Shown here piece by piece: positions 25,401 to 37,380 of a stretch of 64,000 nt of DNA. The notes under the pieces were generated by a model. That model searched no databases. It saw only the letters and a program-made list of their open reading frames with translations, and was not told where the DNA came from. A program made the position numbers and the translations under genes. This DNA comes from Hyphochytrium catenoides (lineage: Eukaryota; Protista; Hyphochytriomycota): assembly GCA_900088475.1 (NCBI GenBank), contig FLMG01000941.1, forward strand, positions 124,001 to 188,000, given 5' to 3'. Numbering within the stretch: the stretch's first letter is position 1; every line of letters begins with the position of its first letter.

Positions 25401-25768
25401 AGGTTTGGGAGACAAGTGGTGAGAAGTAGGCAGCCATTGGCTAGATGACCAAGCTTCATTGGGAGGAGGAGCTTCATTGAGTGGAGAAGAAAGATATGGA
25501 AGATTCATTGAGAGGAGGAGGAGGATAAGGGAAAAAGTGGAACGCCTTCATGAGTAAGAGGACAAAGTTTGTATTTAGCTTGGCTAGGGTTACAGCGCCT
25601 GCCTCTGCCTACCTTCTCTTCTTCATTGCTTGTCTCGGAGGCGCTGACTTTCCCCCAGCATATTTCGGATAGAAGATAGTTCACTGTGTTCTCCATAGAC
25701 CGACCACCCGCGGCATCCGACATGACCACTGTGCGGTTTAGGTCGAAATGGAGAATCAAACGCTTCAT
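22412..25768 (-). CDS. Conserved uncharacterised HAD-superfamily-like protein (10 exons)
   Basis: Nine GT-AG introns splice in frame: MKRLILHFDLNRTVVMSD, YYLLPSFLNLL, VFRTFGDDL, GKHPLY, VRDYWEWW..GK, EVFFDDHV..AHIVD, EPYLAITDPQYF, then TGA. The D-x-N-x-T, T and DD motifs fall in HAD motif I/II/IV order. Confidence 0.8.
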
Positions 25769-26291
25769 CTTCTGCCTTTTCCTTTGCTGCTGGCTACCTT
25801 TTTATAATTTAGACCGTGTTGTCAGCGATTTAGCTGTCTATTTGCAGGTGGCACTAGGTTGTAGGATCTTCAGGACTGAGAAGGAGGGCAAGGCACGAGC
25901 AAATGCATTTCGTGTCTCTGGATGGGAGAAATGTTGAAGCTTTACTGGTGTCATTGCTAGACAGAGAATGTCGAGGTGTATCATGTAAATGCTAGTAATA
26001 CGCTGTAAAGAAACCAGAGTGAGTAGAGATATCTCTTCCAAAACCCGAATGGATTCTGATCACTGCTGCACTTGCTGTAAAACATGCAGGAGCCAGCCCA
26101 CAAGTTGACCGGTAACAGCGTTAGGGAGCCTCGGTAGACCAGCTATTCTCGGAGATCAAAATATATAACAGGAGGTAGTACCACTATTTAGTAACTGACC
26201 TCTAATTTCGGTCACCTTTTATCGGGATAATATCTCATTTGCGGGTGTTATCTTTGATAACCTGAAGTAGTGAGTTACCAAATCAGTAAGA

Positions 26292-26313
26292 TGGCGGGAG
26301 TTTTTGGCGGGAG
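26292..26313 (+). promoter_or_regulatory. Tandem TGGCGGGAG motif containing an E2F-like TTTGGCGG site in a divergent intergenic region
   Basis: Sequence tggcgggagtttttggcgggag, which matches the WTTSSCSS consensus. Function is inferred only. Confidence 0.3.
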
Positions 26314-27207
26314 TCACTCTCTGAACCGTCGCCACTGTTCGTCCTTCTCTCCCTTCTCTGCTCCATCACCATACACCGCACCTCCTACATTAGTAATAGT
26401 AGTACAATAGAACTACTTTGTAACTTCGACGAGCTTGATTCGAGTCGGTCTTAGATGAGGGAAGAAGCTCCATCAATTCATGCTGCCCTCACGATTATAC
26501 ATCAGAGCTTTCTACAGACGGCGTTCGCCCAGGTCAAGGCTGCCAGGAAGAAGGAAGGGCCTCAGATATAGCTCTTCTGCATTCTATCATTAGCTTCATA
26601 CATGTACTTCTTCCTAGGAACTGGTCTCATTGAGTCCTCTGATCGATGCTCCTTCTTTCATAAACAGGAGGAGAGCGAACTTGCGGGTGTTGCCAACATG
26701 GAGATGTCAGTATGTATTGGCGGTGATTTGGTGCCCTTGTTGTCTCTTCATCATCAGCTGCCGGTAGTAATAGGCGCCGGGCATGGGTGTTATAGCGGGA
26801 CCCTGCTAATAATACGGCCCACTAACCATGCCACATATCTAGAACAGCAATCGGCGATCCAATGCCTCTAAAAGCTAGTTATTCTCAATGGGACCAAAAA
26901 TGTATGGTCCTATTATTATAACGATTGTAATGTCATTACCCCCAATCGTACTGGTATTACTACTCCCCGGCAGATTCTGGTTATGCGTGATCGAACAAAA
27001 CAATACATGGTCATCAAAAAGGGAACTGATAGCATCGAGACAGTGTTGCGACGAGGTACAATATTAGACTAGAAAACAGAGTATATGGAGGAAGTAGAGA
27101 GATAAGAGGTGCAACGCTAATTTTACAGAACCGGCTGGCTGGCTGATCGCAGATTTCTTCGATCTTTTCGTTTGCTCCATCTCTCAAAAGATTAAGATTT
27201 TAAGTCT

Positions 27208-27260
<53 letters not shown>

Positions 27261-27575
27261 TTCACTCTCTCTCTCTCTCTCGCTCTCTCAGAAGGAGGAC
27301 ACCCTGCTCTCTCCTCCTCCTTTCGTCGTCATCAACGGATCTTTTTCCCTTCCTCGCTCTCCCTTCGTCATCCCTTCTTTTCTCCTCTCTTCGGCTGTTC
27401 TGCCGCTTTCCTTAGTGCAATGTCAGGTTCCCAGGATTCAGGTTGACAACTATTCTTGAGCTTGAAGAGGCACCTCATTTGCCATCCTTCCATCCTGTCC
27501 AGAGGCCAAGAGCCTTCGCGCAAAAAAGAACTGCCGCAGTCGATCCTTTTCCCGCAGCCTCGATCTCTCCTTGTC

Positions 27576-29298
27576 ATGGCAGATCTTACGCTTCTTAGCG
27601 ATGGACTGGAGGACGTTCTCGTGAACGTAGGCGATTTCTCACTTGAGAGTGAACATTTCTCAGCGGAAGTAAGGGGTAACAATGTCTTCCAGTCACCGAG
27701 TCTTCGGGGATCGTGGCAGAGTCCCGTCGTCGGACGAAAAGATGAAAAGAATGTTTCTCCGCTCACAGAAGAGGAACTCAACTTGCTCACTCAAGAGGAA
27801 GGAGTCATGCTACTGGATGACTGTCTACAGCTTGATGGTGGGGAACTCTTGCGCACCGCGGGAGAGGCAAGCGGTAAGTACCTGCGCATTGAGCGACTTT
27901 GTAGCCTCTCTCGTACACCCGTACCAGCCTTTCCTCATGAAAACACTTTCTCTCTTGAGGGCCTTGCATGTCATGCTTGGACTTCCCCATTTACCTACTG
28001 CATCTTTCTTCTGCCTTGGCTCCCGCCAACCTATGGGCCAAATGACTCTTTAACCTCTCATTCTCTTTTACTCATCTTACTCTTTTCTCCGCAGGACTTT
28101 CAACTGCTGAGCTGGATCCTCTCTCTGAACTGAACTTTTTGGTGGAAGAGGACAAACGGAAGGACGGACCACAGTTCCAATCGCCAATGCGATCAGGCTC
28201 GTTGGATTTCTTCTGCTTTGACGCGTTTAGCACTCCTAACAGGTGAGACTCTGTCGCACCTCTTCTCTCCTTGTGCTGCGGTTTTCTCTCTGCCACTCTT
28301 TCCCTTGTCTCTAGATTTACGTGGCCACTTTCGCTATCCTGCCTCGAGACTCCATTCTTCCGCACCTGTCTCGTCCCTTATCTGCTGTGTCATTCAATAA
28401 CTGGAAGCTGGCTCTCGCTTTTACTTTGCTGCTTTGTCTGCCGCTTCCCTCCCCAAATTCCATCCCTACCAGGCCATCTAGAAGGCTTCCGCTTTCTGGA
28501 ACAGAGAGTGCGATAGTCTCGCCTTGTCGACCTGAACGGCTTCACTCCTTTAGCAAAATTTCTCGGTCTTTCACCTTTTCTCCGGTGCCCCAAAGGACTT
28601 CTCGAGGTCTAACGGAGGAGGGGCCTACTCACAAGTTAGAGTTCAAGGCACCAATGCAGGAATCTATTGACGGTGAGACCTAGTTTTCTTCTCGTCTCAG
28701 CTTTGAGCTGAACTAGACTTGGTTATATCCTCCACTCATCGAATGTCTTCATACCCTTTACGTCCCTCCTTTAGCTCATGCAATCCCTCCCTCTCACTGC
28801 GTTCAATCGTCGAGTGCTTACCCCTGTGCCCGTCTTCGATTCGTCCGTTGTCTAGGTCTAAATCCTGCCAAGCGCGCACGTAGTACATCTCTTACTCAAG
28901 ATCCTACTCCAGAGATAAAGGAGAAGGCTCAGAATGAGGAGCCAGCACAACGGCTAAACTTCTCTTCTTTCTCCATTGGCAGCAAAGACTTATTGCCACG
29001 TATCCGTCATAGAGAGCTGGCTAAGGTTGATTATGGAGGCCCCCGAAGAAAGAGAGAGGCTGAAGTAAGGAGGCCAAAGCTGCGTTCAAAGCTTCTACAG
29101 AGCAGTAGGACGAGAGCTTCAAGTGAAGATTCTGCACCGAGACTTGAGGAACACATAGAGAAAGAAAACTCTAGAGCGGTTCTCACTCTTCTCCCTCCAA
29201 AACGCTACCTCATTGGAAAGAGCGAGGGAACGGACACCTTTGTTTCCCTGAAGGAGATCAATGAGCGGATCAACTCTCCTTCGGTTTCTCAACACTAG
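27576..29298 (+). CDS. Hypothetical disordered nuclear protein with many S/T-P sites, an NLS-like motif and a KEN box (4 exons)
   Basis: Three phase-consistent GT-AG introns. Contains PAKRAR, QRLNF and EKENS. I recognised no domain. Confidence 0.6.
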
Positions 29299-29685
29299 GT
29301 CTCTACCACGATCTGTCTTCACTAGGCCGCTACCATCACCTCTCTTCTTTGTCTGTCTCTCTTCTTCTGACTGTCTACTGCTTCTCAACCACAACACGAG
29401 GTTCAAGGCAACCAGTTGTAGCGAAAGCTGCCCAACCAAGCATCTAGTCCAGCCTCTTTCTTCCTCTAGCCCTTCCATTTTGACTTTCTTCTTCTTGTTC
29501 TTTGTACATTGCCAAGCAAAAAACCCTATTTATATTACAGAGGCTCTCAACCTGAGCCGTTCAACTTTTGGGGGTCAACCTGCACACTCAAGGTGTGCCC
29601 CTATCTCCCCACTCCAACTAAAAGAGAAGAGAAGAGAGAAGACGAGAAGGAATAATAGAGCGGATCTCCTAACGCAATAAAAGTA

Positions 29686-30567
29686 CTATACAATGGCTTC
29701 TTCAGATGACGTCGCTTGCCCATCCTGCCCATCGCTGCCAGCTCTGTCCCCCACCTTTTGCATCTTCTTTCCCTTCCTGGCCTTTCCCTCCTTCTTTCCT
29801 TTGCGTTCCATATCCTCCGTTGTCCCTTCTTGCTTTTGATCTTCTGCTAAGGATGAAGTCTTCTTCTTCGGCCGCCGCTTCTTCTTGATCGCGCTGCTCT
29901 GTCCTATTTCCACTTCGGAACCCTTAGGCTTCTTCTTCTTTTTCTTCTTCTTTTTTCCTGTCTGTGAAGCCAACTCGGGGTGTCCGATGAGAACCAGCTC
30001 TCGGAGTAGATCAGATATCTTCTCCGCCTCAACTTCAATATCTTCGGGCACATCTGAATCCTCAGCTTCATCCTCCCCTACTTTCCGTGCGCTACCCCTC
30101 TTCCCGTGTCCACTGCCGTAGCAGGCAGAAAGATTATCATGGAAGTGGCCACAAAGTGGACAAAGAGGGGTGGCAGCAAGAAAATCTTCAAAGATCTTAT
30201 CTTCTACTTGCTGAGGAAGGCGACGAGGGCTCCTTCTCTTCACATCTTGTCTCTGATCTTTGTGCCTCCTTTTGTCGCTCTTTCTTTTGGTGCTGCTCTT
30301 GAGCTCAGCAGATTGTTCAGGTACGCTAGAACTCGCTGTGGAGAGCCATCTCTGTCCCAGAAGGTTCACCGAACTTTGAGCCCAGTCAGGCGGTGCCTTC
30401 CACGCCCTATTAAGATAAATGGAGTCAATCGGAGGGAGGGTAAGCGAAACGACACCCCCAGTAGTCGAGGAAGCCCAACAGATGATGACATACCAGGAAG
30501 AGGGCAAGTGGTGCCGCAGGTGATGTCCAAGACAGGTAGGCACTCGTTTCCCAAATGCAGTAATCAT
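29686..30567 (-). CDS. Hypothetical protein with presequence-like N-terminus, CxxCxxH-x5-C motif and Lys-rich tail
   Basis: 293-codon ORF with a probable in-frame GT-AG intron at 30493-30407. Contains CPLCGHFHDNLSAC and a poly-K run. Confidence 0.6.
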   Translation of the reverse strand: MITAFGKRVPTCLGHHLRHHLPSSWYVIICWASSTTGGVVSLTLPPIDSIYLNRAWKAPPDWAQSSVNLLGQRWLSTASSSVPEQSAELKSSTKRKSDKRRHKDQRQDVKRRSPRRLPQQVEDKIFEDFLAATPLCPLCGHFHDNLSACYGSGHGKRGSARKVGEDEAEDSDVPEDIEVEAEKISDLLRELVLIGHPELASQTGKKKKKKKKKPKGSEVEIGQSSAIKKKRRPKKKTSSLAEDQKQEGTTEDMERKGKKEGKARKGKKMQKVGDRAGSDGQDGQATSSEEAIV

Positions 30568-31321
30568 TTCAAATTGCAGTCGTTAGAAAGTCTGATTGCG
30601 ACGAATGCCTTCAATCTCAACAATCCCCTAGCAGCGAGCAGCCTCTCGGACGTCAAATAGCATTTCGCTTCAGCCAAGCTCCCGTCGTGCTTAGCACCCG
30701 CCCAGAGCTAGCTAGGCTCCAGTCAATGCGAGGTGGTCCTGTTACTGGATCTGCAACACTTAGGAGAGCGATGACAGGCGAGAGCCTTTTTAGGGAGGAC
30801 TCTATATCTGAAGATTATTGGATAAATGTCGCCGCCTCCGATCTTCGCTCCACTCATTTTTTCTCAATGCCGATCTCCCTTGCTTTGGGGTCTGTCTTCG
30901 TTAGCTTCGGGCTCTTCCGAATATAGGTCCACACTGATAACCGCAAGTACTCAACTCAGATCTGATTCTTCACTGATATATTTGCGTGTTGATATTGCTT
31001 CGCGCTCACGTCATCGCGAAAGTGCGCAGCGGGAACTCTCGAGAACTGGATAATGACAGATGATGGGACTCCGGTCTTCAAGGACTTCTGAAGGCTGGTC
31101 AAGGGGCAGGGGTAAGTAGTTCTAGGGTCAGACGATAGGGAATGTGGCAATGGGGATGGCCTCTCTTTGAGCGTCATTCTTTATCTTCACAGTTGAACAC
31201 TGGTCTGGACGACATTTGATAGCAGCAGTCTGGTGCGGTGTTCAAAGGTGGTTGAGCTGACCGCTCTGCGGGCCCTGAAGTGCCTGTTAGACGGCTGGCG
31301 TTTGCTCACCTAGAGAGGAGT

Positions 31322-33097
31322 ATGGCGCTTAGACGGAGAATAGCAGTGCTAACTAGGAATATTGCTCTGAGCGGGTCGCGATGGAGCAGCACTGCCACTG
31401 ATGTGGCACCTGGGAGTCTACACAACCTCTCTCTCACTAGTCTTGCACCACATCCTCCGCCTTCAGAGGCTTATCAGGACGATATCAAGCGGCTTGCAGA
31501 GGTCATCTCCCGCCATCACAGGTCTATTCATCATCTCTATCATGGGCCTTGAGAGCCAACTAAAGCTCACTGCTCCATGCTAGGCCACTCATTATAACCG
31601 GTGCGGGCATGAGCACAGCGTCAGGAATCCCTGACTATCGAGGACCTTTTGGCAGCTATTCCCGTGGCCACAAGCCCATGAGTCATCAAGAGTTTATGAA
31701 GAATGTGGCTTCCAGACAGCGCTATTGGGCGAGGAATTACGTGGTAGGAGATCTCTTCAACTGCGAAGAGCTTCATTGTGCGATGATGTTGACACAACCT
31801 CTGACGACCCGCTTCTGTCAACTCCTTTTGGCACATCTCTCTACCTCCTTCGTCTGTGGCCCCAAGGGTTTCGCTTTTTTCTCCTTGGCCAGACCAAACT
31901 ATGGCCACATCGCTCTAGCTAGTTTAGAAAAGATAGGCCTGGTTGACGGTATTATTACTCAGAACGTTGACAGGTGAGCGACGCCTAACAGTAACTCTTC
32001 TTGACCTCTGCGCTCTCGCATGGCTGAGACCTACCTTTGTCCTACTGCCTCTCTTCCTGTCATGTCGTCGATCACCGCTCTCGTACGGCTTTCTGTCTCC
32101 TGATATGTCCTAACCGCTTGCTTCGGGCAGACTGCACCAGAAGGCTGGCTCTCAGAACGTGGTAGATTTGCACGGGAACAATGACCAAGTGGTAAGACGG
32201 TTCTCGTTCGCAAGCTATTCCCTTAGGGGTTTTTTACAAGGCCAGGCCCATTGCTCAGCTTATTCTCCTTGTCCGTGTAGATCTGTATGAGCTGTCATCA
32301 GATAGAAGAAAGAAGTAGCTATCAGGAGAGGCTCCGACAGATGAATGAGGAGTGGTTGCGGGGTAATCTTAGGGACTACAAAAATGTGGAAGAGATTCGA
32401 GCAGATGGCGATGCCGATTTCGGGAAAGCTGACTATTCCACCTTTACCGTCCCGGCTTGTAAACACTGTGAAGGTATAGGCTCGTGGCTCTTGGGTTTGC
32501 CGTTGCACATACCCGTCTTGAAGTCTGGATGTGCCTTTGCCTCTCGTCCTGCTCTCTTCACCCGCCACATCGTTCTGCTCGGATTTCTTGTCGCGGGGCT
32601 AATCGATAGGACATCTTGCTCTGAGAATCGCGATAGTTGTCTTTCCGTATTCCTAGACGCTGAAGAGAGAATCGCGACTAATTTGCCTCTCATCTAGGCA
32701 TCATGAAGCCTAACGTGGTCTATTTTGGTGCGAGCGTGCCTACGCCTGTGGTGGAACATTGTTTTCAGCAAGTGGCAGAGGTACTTCCCTCACGCAGCTT
32801 TTTTGACGTCCAATTTACCTCTAATTGAGCACTTTCTGCTGCGCCTGGTTCTCTGTCTCTTCAATGGGTCAGTCTGACCTTATAGTGGTAGCTGGTACCT
32901 CATTGGCGGTGTGGTCAGCCTTTCGCTTCGTGAAAGCTGGCAATGACAAAGGAAAGCCCATAGTCATAGTCAACATGGGGGAGACTAGGGCAGATCCTCT
33001 GGCATCAATGAAGATTCAAGCACCATGCTGTGAGGTTCTGGCTGGCGTTGAAGGGGAACTCAACCCTCTTGGTGCTGAGCAAGTTGTACTCCGATGA
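31322..33097 (+). CDS. SIRT4: NAD-dependent deacylase sirtuin, class II (SIRT4-like, mitochondrial), 7 exons
   Basis: Motifs TGAGMSTASGIPDYRG, RQRYWARN, ITQNVDRLHQKAG, DLHG, CMSC..RADGDA..CKHCEGIMKPNVVYFG, GTSLAVWSAFRF and NMGETRAD. The N-terminus is Arg-rich and presequence-like. Confidence 0.93.
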
Positions 33098-33767
33098 ACG
33101 AAGAGAGTTAGAACACGAAGGGAGTAGGAAGCAGAAGCGATAGTATGATATATTTATGACTGTGATGGATGTCCCTTAATGTAACATAGAACCTAAGATG
33201 GGAGCCGCCTGCAGGGATAAAGTGCTTCTAGCTTATGACGCTCTCGTTTCTGGACTGTATGTCCCCCCGTATGAGAGCAGCTGCGATGTACAAGGTCCAG
33301 CTCTTCCATTCAGTTCTTCTCCTGTCGCCTGATACTCCATTGGCCGTTGTTTTGCTTTGCTGTGAGGTCCAACTCACAACTCTCAGTAAAGCGACAAGCA
33401 CAGAGAGTGTGGGCCAGAGTTCTGCAGCGTCACATGGCTTATCTTACATAAGTCGCTCTTCGTCTCACTCAGGTCTTGAGCTCGGTCTTGGGAGACAAGG
33501 TGCTGCGGCGTGTGTATGGAGAATAACGTGCCCGTGCGTTCCGGGGTTGCCGTTTCTGAAGAGAGATTGCCCCTAAGGTGGAGCTGAGAGCTTCGTCATG
33601 GAACTGAGTGACCTAAGAGTAAAAGGTGTGAGCAGAGGCAAAAGCGTGAAGGGATGACTACACGCCACAAAGAGTGATGAGGGAACCAAAGGCCACCAAG
33701 CGAGAGAACAGGAGGAAGAAGCAATTGACTGTTATTCACTAGAAATGGAGCGTCGCTGCACAGAGAT

Positions 33768-34490
33768 TTAGCTGACAAGGAGCCTTCGTGATACCTTTGT
33801 TAGAAGTAGCTCCTCAAGACCACGGAGTGGCTCGGCTGTGTGAGAGTCAGTGCCACGTGAGAGGCGAGCCGTGCAAGAAGAAGCAGTAGGTGAGAGAAGG
33901 GAGTCTCTTTCCGCATAGGAAGGAGGGCTTCTGGGTCCACTTGTCGAGAACTGCCCAGTTTCGCCTGTCTTGGGATCGGCTTCACCATTACTTTTGACGG
34001 GCTGTAGAGATGTGAAGCTCTCTATGTTGCTGAATATACGATGAAGATCATCCTCAACCACTCGTCCTGAGAGAGTTCCTCGTCTTGTTCTCTCTTTCTC
34101 GTCGAGCCTGCCCGATGCAGAGCCTGGTAAGGATGCCCTTTCCGCCGTCATGACTGGAGCTTCTGATAGTGCTTCTTATGGGAGGTAATGGTTTCGGTTG
34201 TCTGCTGCCGTCCAAGCATTCGGGTTCCTCTCCTTCTCAGTGTCCTCCTTCTTTCTCTTTCTCTTTCTCTTTCTCTTTCTCTTTCTCTCTCTCTCTCTCT
34301 NNNNNNNNNNNNNNNNNNNNNNNNNNNNNNNNNNNNNNNNNNNNNNNNNNNNNNNNNNNNTCTCTCTCTCTCTCTCTTTCTTCGCTGTTGAAATGGGCGA
34401 CGTCCCGCTCAAACAATCTGCTATAGAGTTATCTCTTGACGTTTTGGCTTCGCCGTCAGTCGGCAATGATGCAGCAGCTGCTGGAGCTTT
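33768..34490 (-). CDS. Possible hypothetical gene or pseudogene fragment
   Basis: Coding-like ORF 34151-33768 with an AAG|gtatca donor. I could not join the flanking exons consistently: there is an N gap and an in-frame TAA just upstream. Confidence 0.25.
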
Positions 34491-37380
34491 TTTCCACCGC
34501 TATGCCCTTCAGAAGCCAGGGTGGACGTACATGTAAGTGAGGATAGGGCGAGGGAGGAAAATAGTGTGGAATAATGTAGAGATGGAAGGAGAGAGAGAGA
34601 CACAGACGGAGGAAAGAGAGAGAGAGAGAGAGAGGTGGAAACTTGGGGGAAGATAGATGTGGCAGAGGAAAAAGCATCAGCTGGAAGTTGACAGAGGAAC
34701 TCTGTAAGAGAGAGAGAGGAATGAAGAGAAAGTAGTAGGAATAGCAGCAGAACTATCATAGAGCACACCTGTTTCTCTCTCTCTCTCTCTCTNNNNNNNN
34801 NNNNNNNNNNNNNNNNNNNNNNCTCTCTCTCTCTCTCTCTCCCTCTCACTCATTCTCTTCATTTCTCGGTTTCTCTCTCTTCTCTTCCTCTCCAGCCGAC
34901 ACGCAACAGAGCAGGGGACTGGTAGTGCGGAATTTGACACTGAGCTGTATAGCAACAGCCAGAAACCTCACATATTTCCCCTGAATGTACGCTCCTTTTG
35001 AGACCCCCTAAACCTTACGACAATGTAAAACTTCAAAGTGCGGTTGATGTTCCTTTGATGGCACCTCTCATCCATTTCATGCTGTTTCTCTCCGTTTGTA
35101 TGAATGTTGTGAGGACTATTGCGTGAAGCTCTGCCAGCAGCAGAGCATGTAACCCATACTATAGACATCTGCTCATGGGGAAAGCTGATCTCCTGCTCTT
35201 AAACTAGCGCTGGACGCTGTCTTTATAGACTGGAAGGAGGAAGGGGAGGACGCTGCTAGGCCAGTAATCGCTGCCTTGGCCAGTGATCGCTTGGACTGTG
35301 TGGTAAGCACCATGTCCACGACCGCATGAGGGAGATATCGGTCTGCCTACCCAGACGATGATGATGTGTGAAACTTTGTTCAACCTGTGGTTAACATATA
35401 GCGAGAAGCTCTTCTCCCTCGCCTTTCAAGAACTTTCGAGGGAGGTGGGCGTGAATAGATCTTCATCTAAAGAGACTCTGACCCCTCAAAGAGCTTGGAG
35501 CTCTTGGTCTTAAACGTGGAACTGTGCCTTAGGCTCTTATAGGAGAAGTTCGCCCTTTTACTACTCCTAAGTTTGCTCATCTTCCCAGCTTCCCTTACGC
35601 TTGCTCTTCTGTTACTCCCACCCCTTCTCTGTCGATGGAATTATTACCTTCTTCACTTTTCTCCCCTATCCCTCCACCCTGGTGGCACTGGACGGAAGGC
35701 ACGTGCTGCGTTCAGGTGAAGACAAGCTGTAGCCCTTGAGCGTGGTCTCACCATCCTTCGCCACCAGACAATGAATGGGGAAGCTTGGGGCCCTGCCACA
35801 CGACATATGAGGGTGTGTTTGGCGCTGCAATTGTAAGAAAGTTCACAGTGCTGTCGCTAGCGGCCACCACTATGGCGCACTCTTCCTCTCCATATGTGCC
35901 AAGAAGCCCCACTTCGCTGCCCATTCCTCATCTGTCTTCTTCCTGTGAAAAGCGTTGCCTGCAAGATTTTGAGCAGCTGCGTGCGAGTGCGTTGTTATTG
36001 GAGATCAGGTCCCGCCATAGAGCTCGCAATTTGAGTATATATGCAAAGCGTGCCTTCTTGGAGGAAGTCTGGCTCATCAGAGGCGTAGCCTGTAGCCTGT
36101 ACCACGTATAAGCTGCGGGGCTGTGACCTCTATTTCCAGGAAGACAGAGCTTAGCATTGCCGCGGGAGGGTATTCTTTACTCGCGGCCTTGATGCAAGGG
36201 ATGTTTCTTCTTCTTGGCCCATTCTCCCTTCAAACAGGAGTCTCTAACCTAATCCATCCTCTGGGAACTGAAGACCCACCAGAAGGAGTCCTGTTCATCT
36301 ACTTTAAACTTTCCATTGGAAGCTTGATTGGCTGCACCTTATGCCAGAAACACCCTCCATCCTCGAGCAATAGGTCCTAGGCACCAATGCAAGCTTTCCG
36401 TCTTCATGCGGTGTTACGAGAGTAGGCAACAGGGAGAGATGTATCCTCTCAGGAGCACCCTCCGCAGCTGCACTTATCCCCTCCGGCTCGGCTGCTGGAT
36501 CCGGCAAAAAGATTGCCTACAGCACCCACTGAGGCGTAGCAAGAAAACTGACCCAACCGCCTCGAACCTTCGATACCAAGAGCTACCGAATGGCCAGATC
36601 TCGAATGAAAGGACAATCCTACGACTTGGTCCCAGACCAATCGTACCGTTTGTCCGAGCTCACTTAGCCTTTGTTGCGTCTCCCTTTTCCGTCCTCCTGT
36701 GCATGAGGAATCACTCCTTATACTTCCCGGTCAGGGCGGTCAACTACGGCCGCCGTGCTTGCTTATCAACCCTCAGAAACCAGGGGATACTGAGGCTATG
36801 TCCTCATAAATTGTGTGGGGCCATTGGCCCGCGCTCGTGCTGAGGCTCCGACCTTGTGAAGATTGGTATGATGGCTTTGATGTGATGCTTGATTCGGAAC
36901 CGGAATGACAAGAGTTAGGGGTGGAACCCATGCTATCCTGAATATATGGTTATCTATCCCTTATTTGTCCAAGTAGGCGTCAACATCAATCAAGCAGAAA
37001 TCAAACTCTTTCTCTTTTGATGAATCTGAAAGCTTCATGAGAGTCTGCAGCTTGGTCTGCAGACAGAGATTGAGTTCTGCAGATCTGACATTCACACTGC
37101 TGCTGATGCTGATGCTGATGCTCTGGCCTTGATGTGCTGCCATTCTGGTGCGGGGTTACTAGCATTAGTGGCGGGCCTGTACCTCTTTCATCCGTGTAAC
37201 GCGTTCCGTAGCTCGTAGGGCATCCTAATCGAGATGCCGCTTCGACTTCAACAGATATGAAGGCTCAAGGGATATGAAAGCTCCATACGTCCTCAGCCTT
37301 CGTTGGTAGGGCTCTGCCTAGTACCACTTGAAGGCTTTCGAAGAATACACGCCTCGCCACTGAGGACACTGTGAAACATA

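Noticed and set aside
26891-26910. Short inverted repeat ggacca..tggtcc
   Set aside because: A 6-bp stem is expected by chance, and I found no matching terminal repeat or target-site duplication.
35870-35945. Minus-strand peptide KKTDEEWAAKWGFL, vaguely like a ciliary microtubule inner protein motif
   Set aside because: Too short, followed quickly by a stop, and with no supporting exons.
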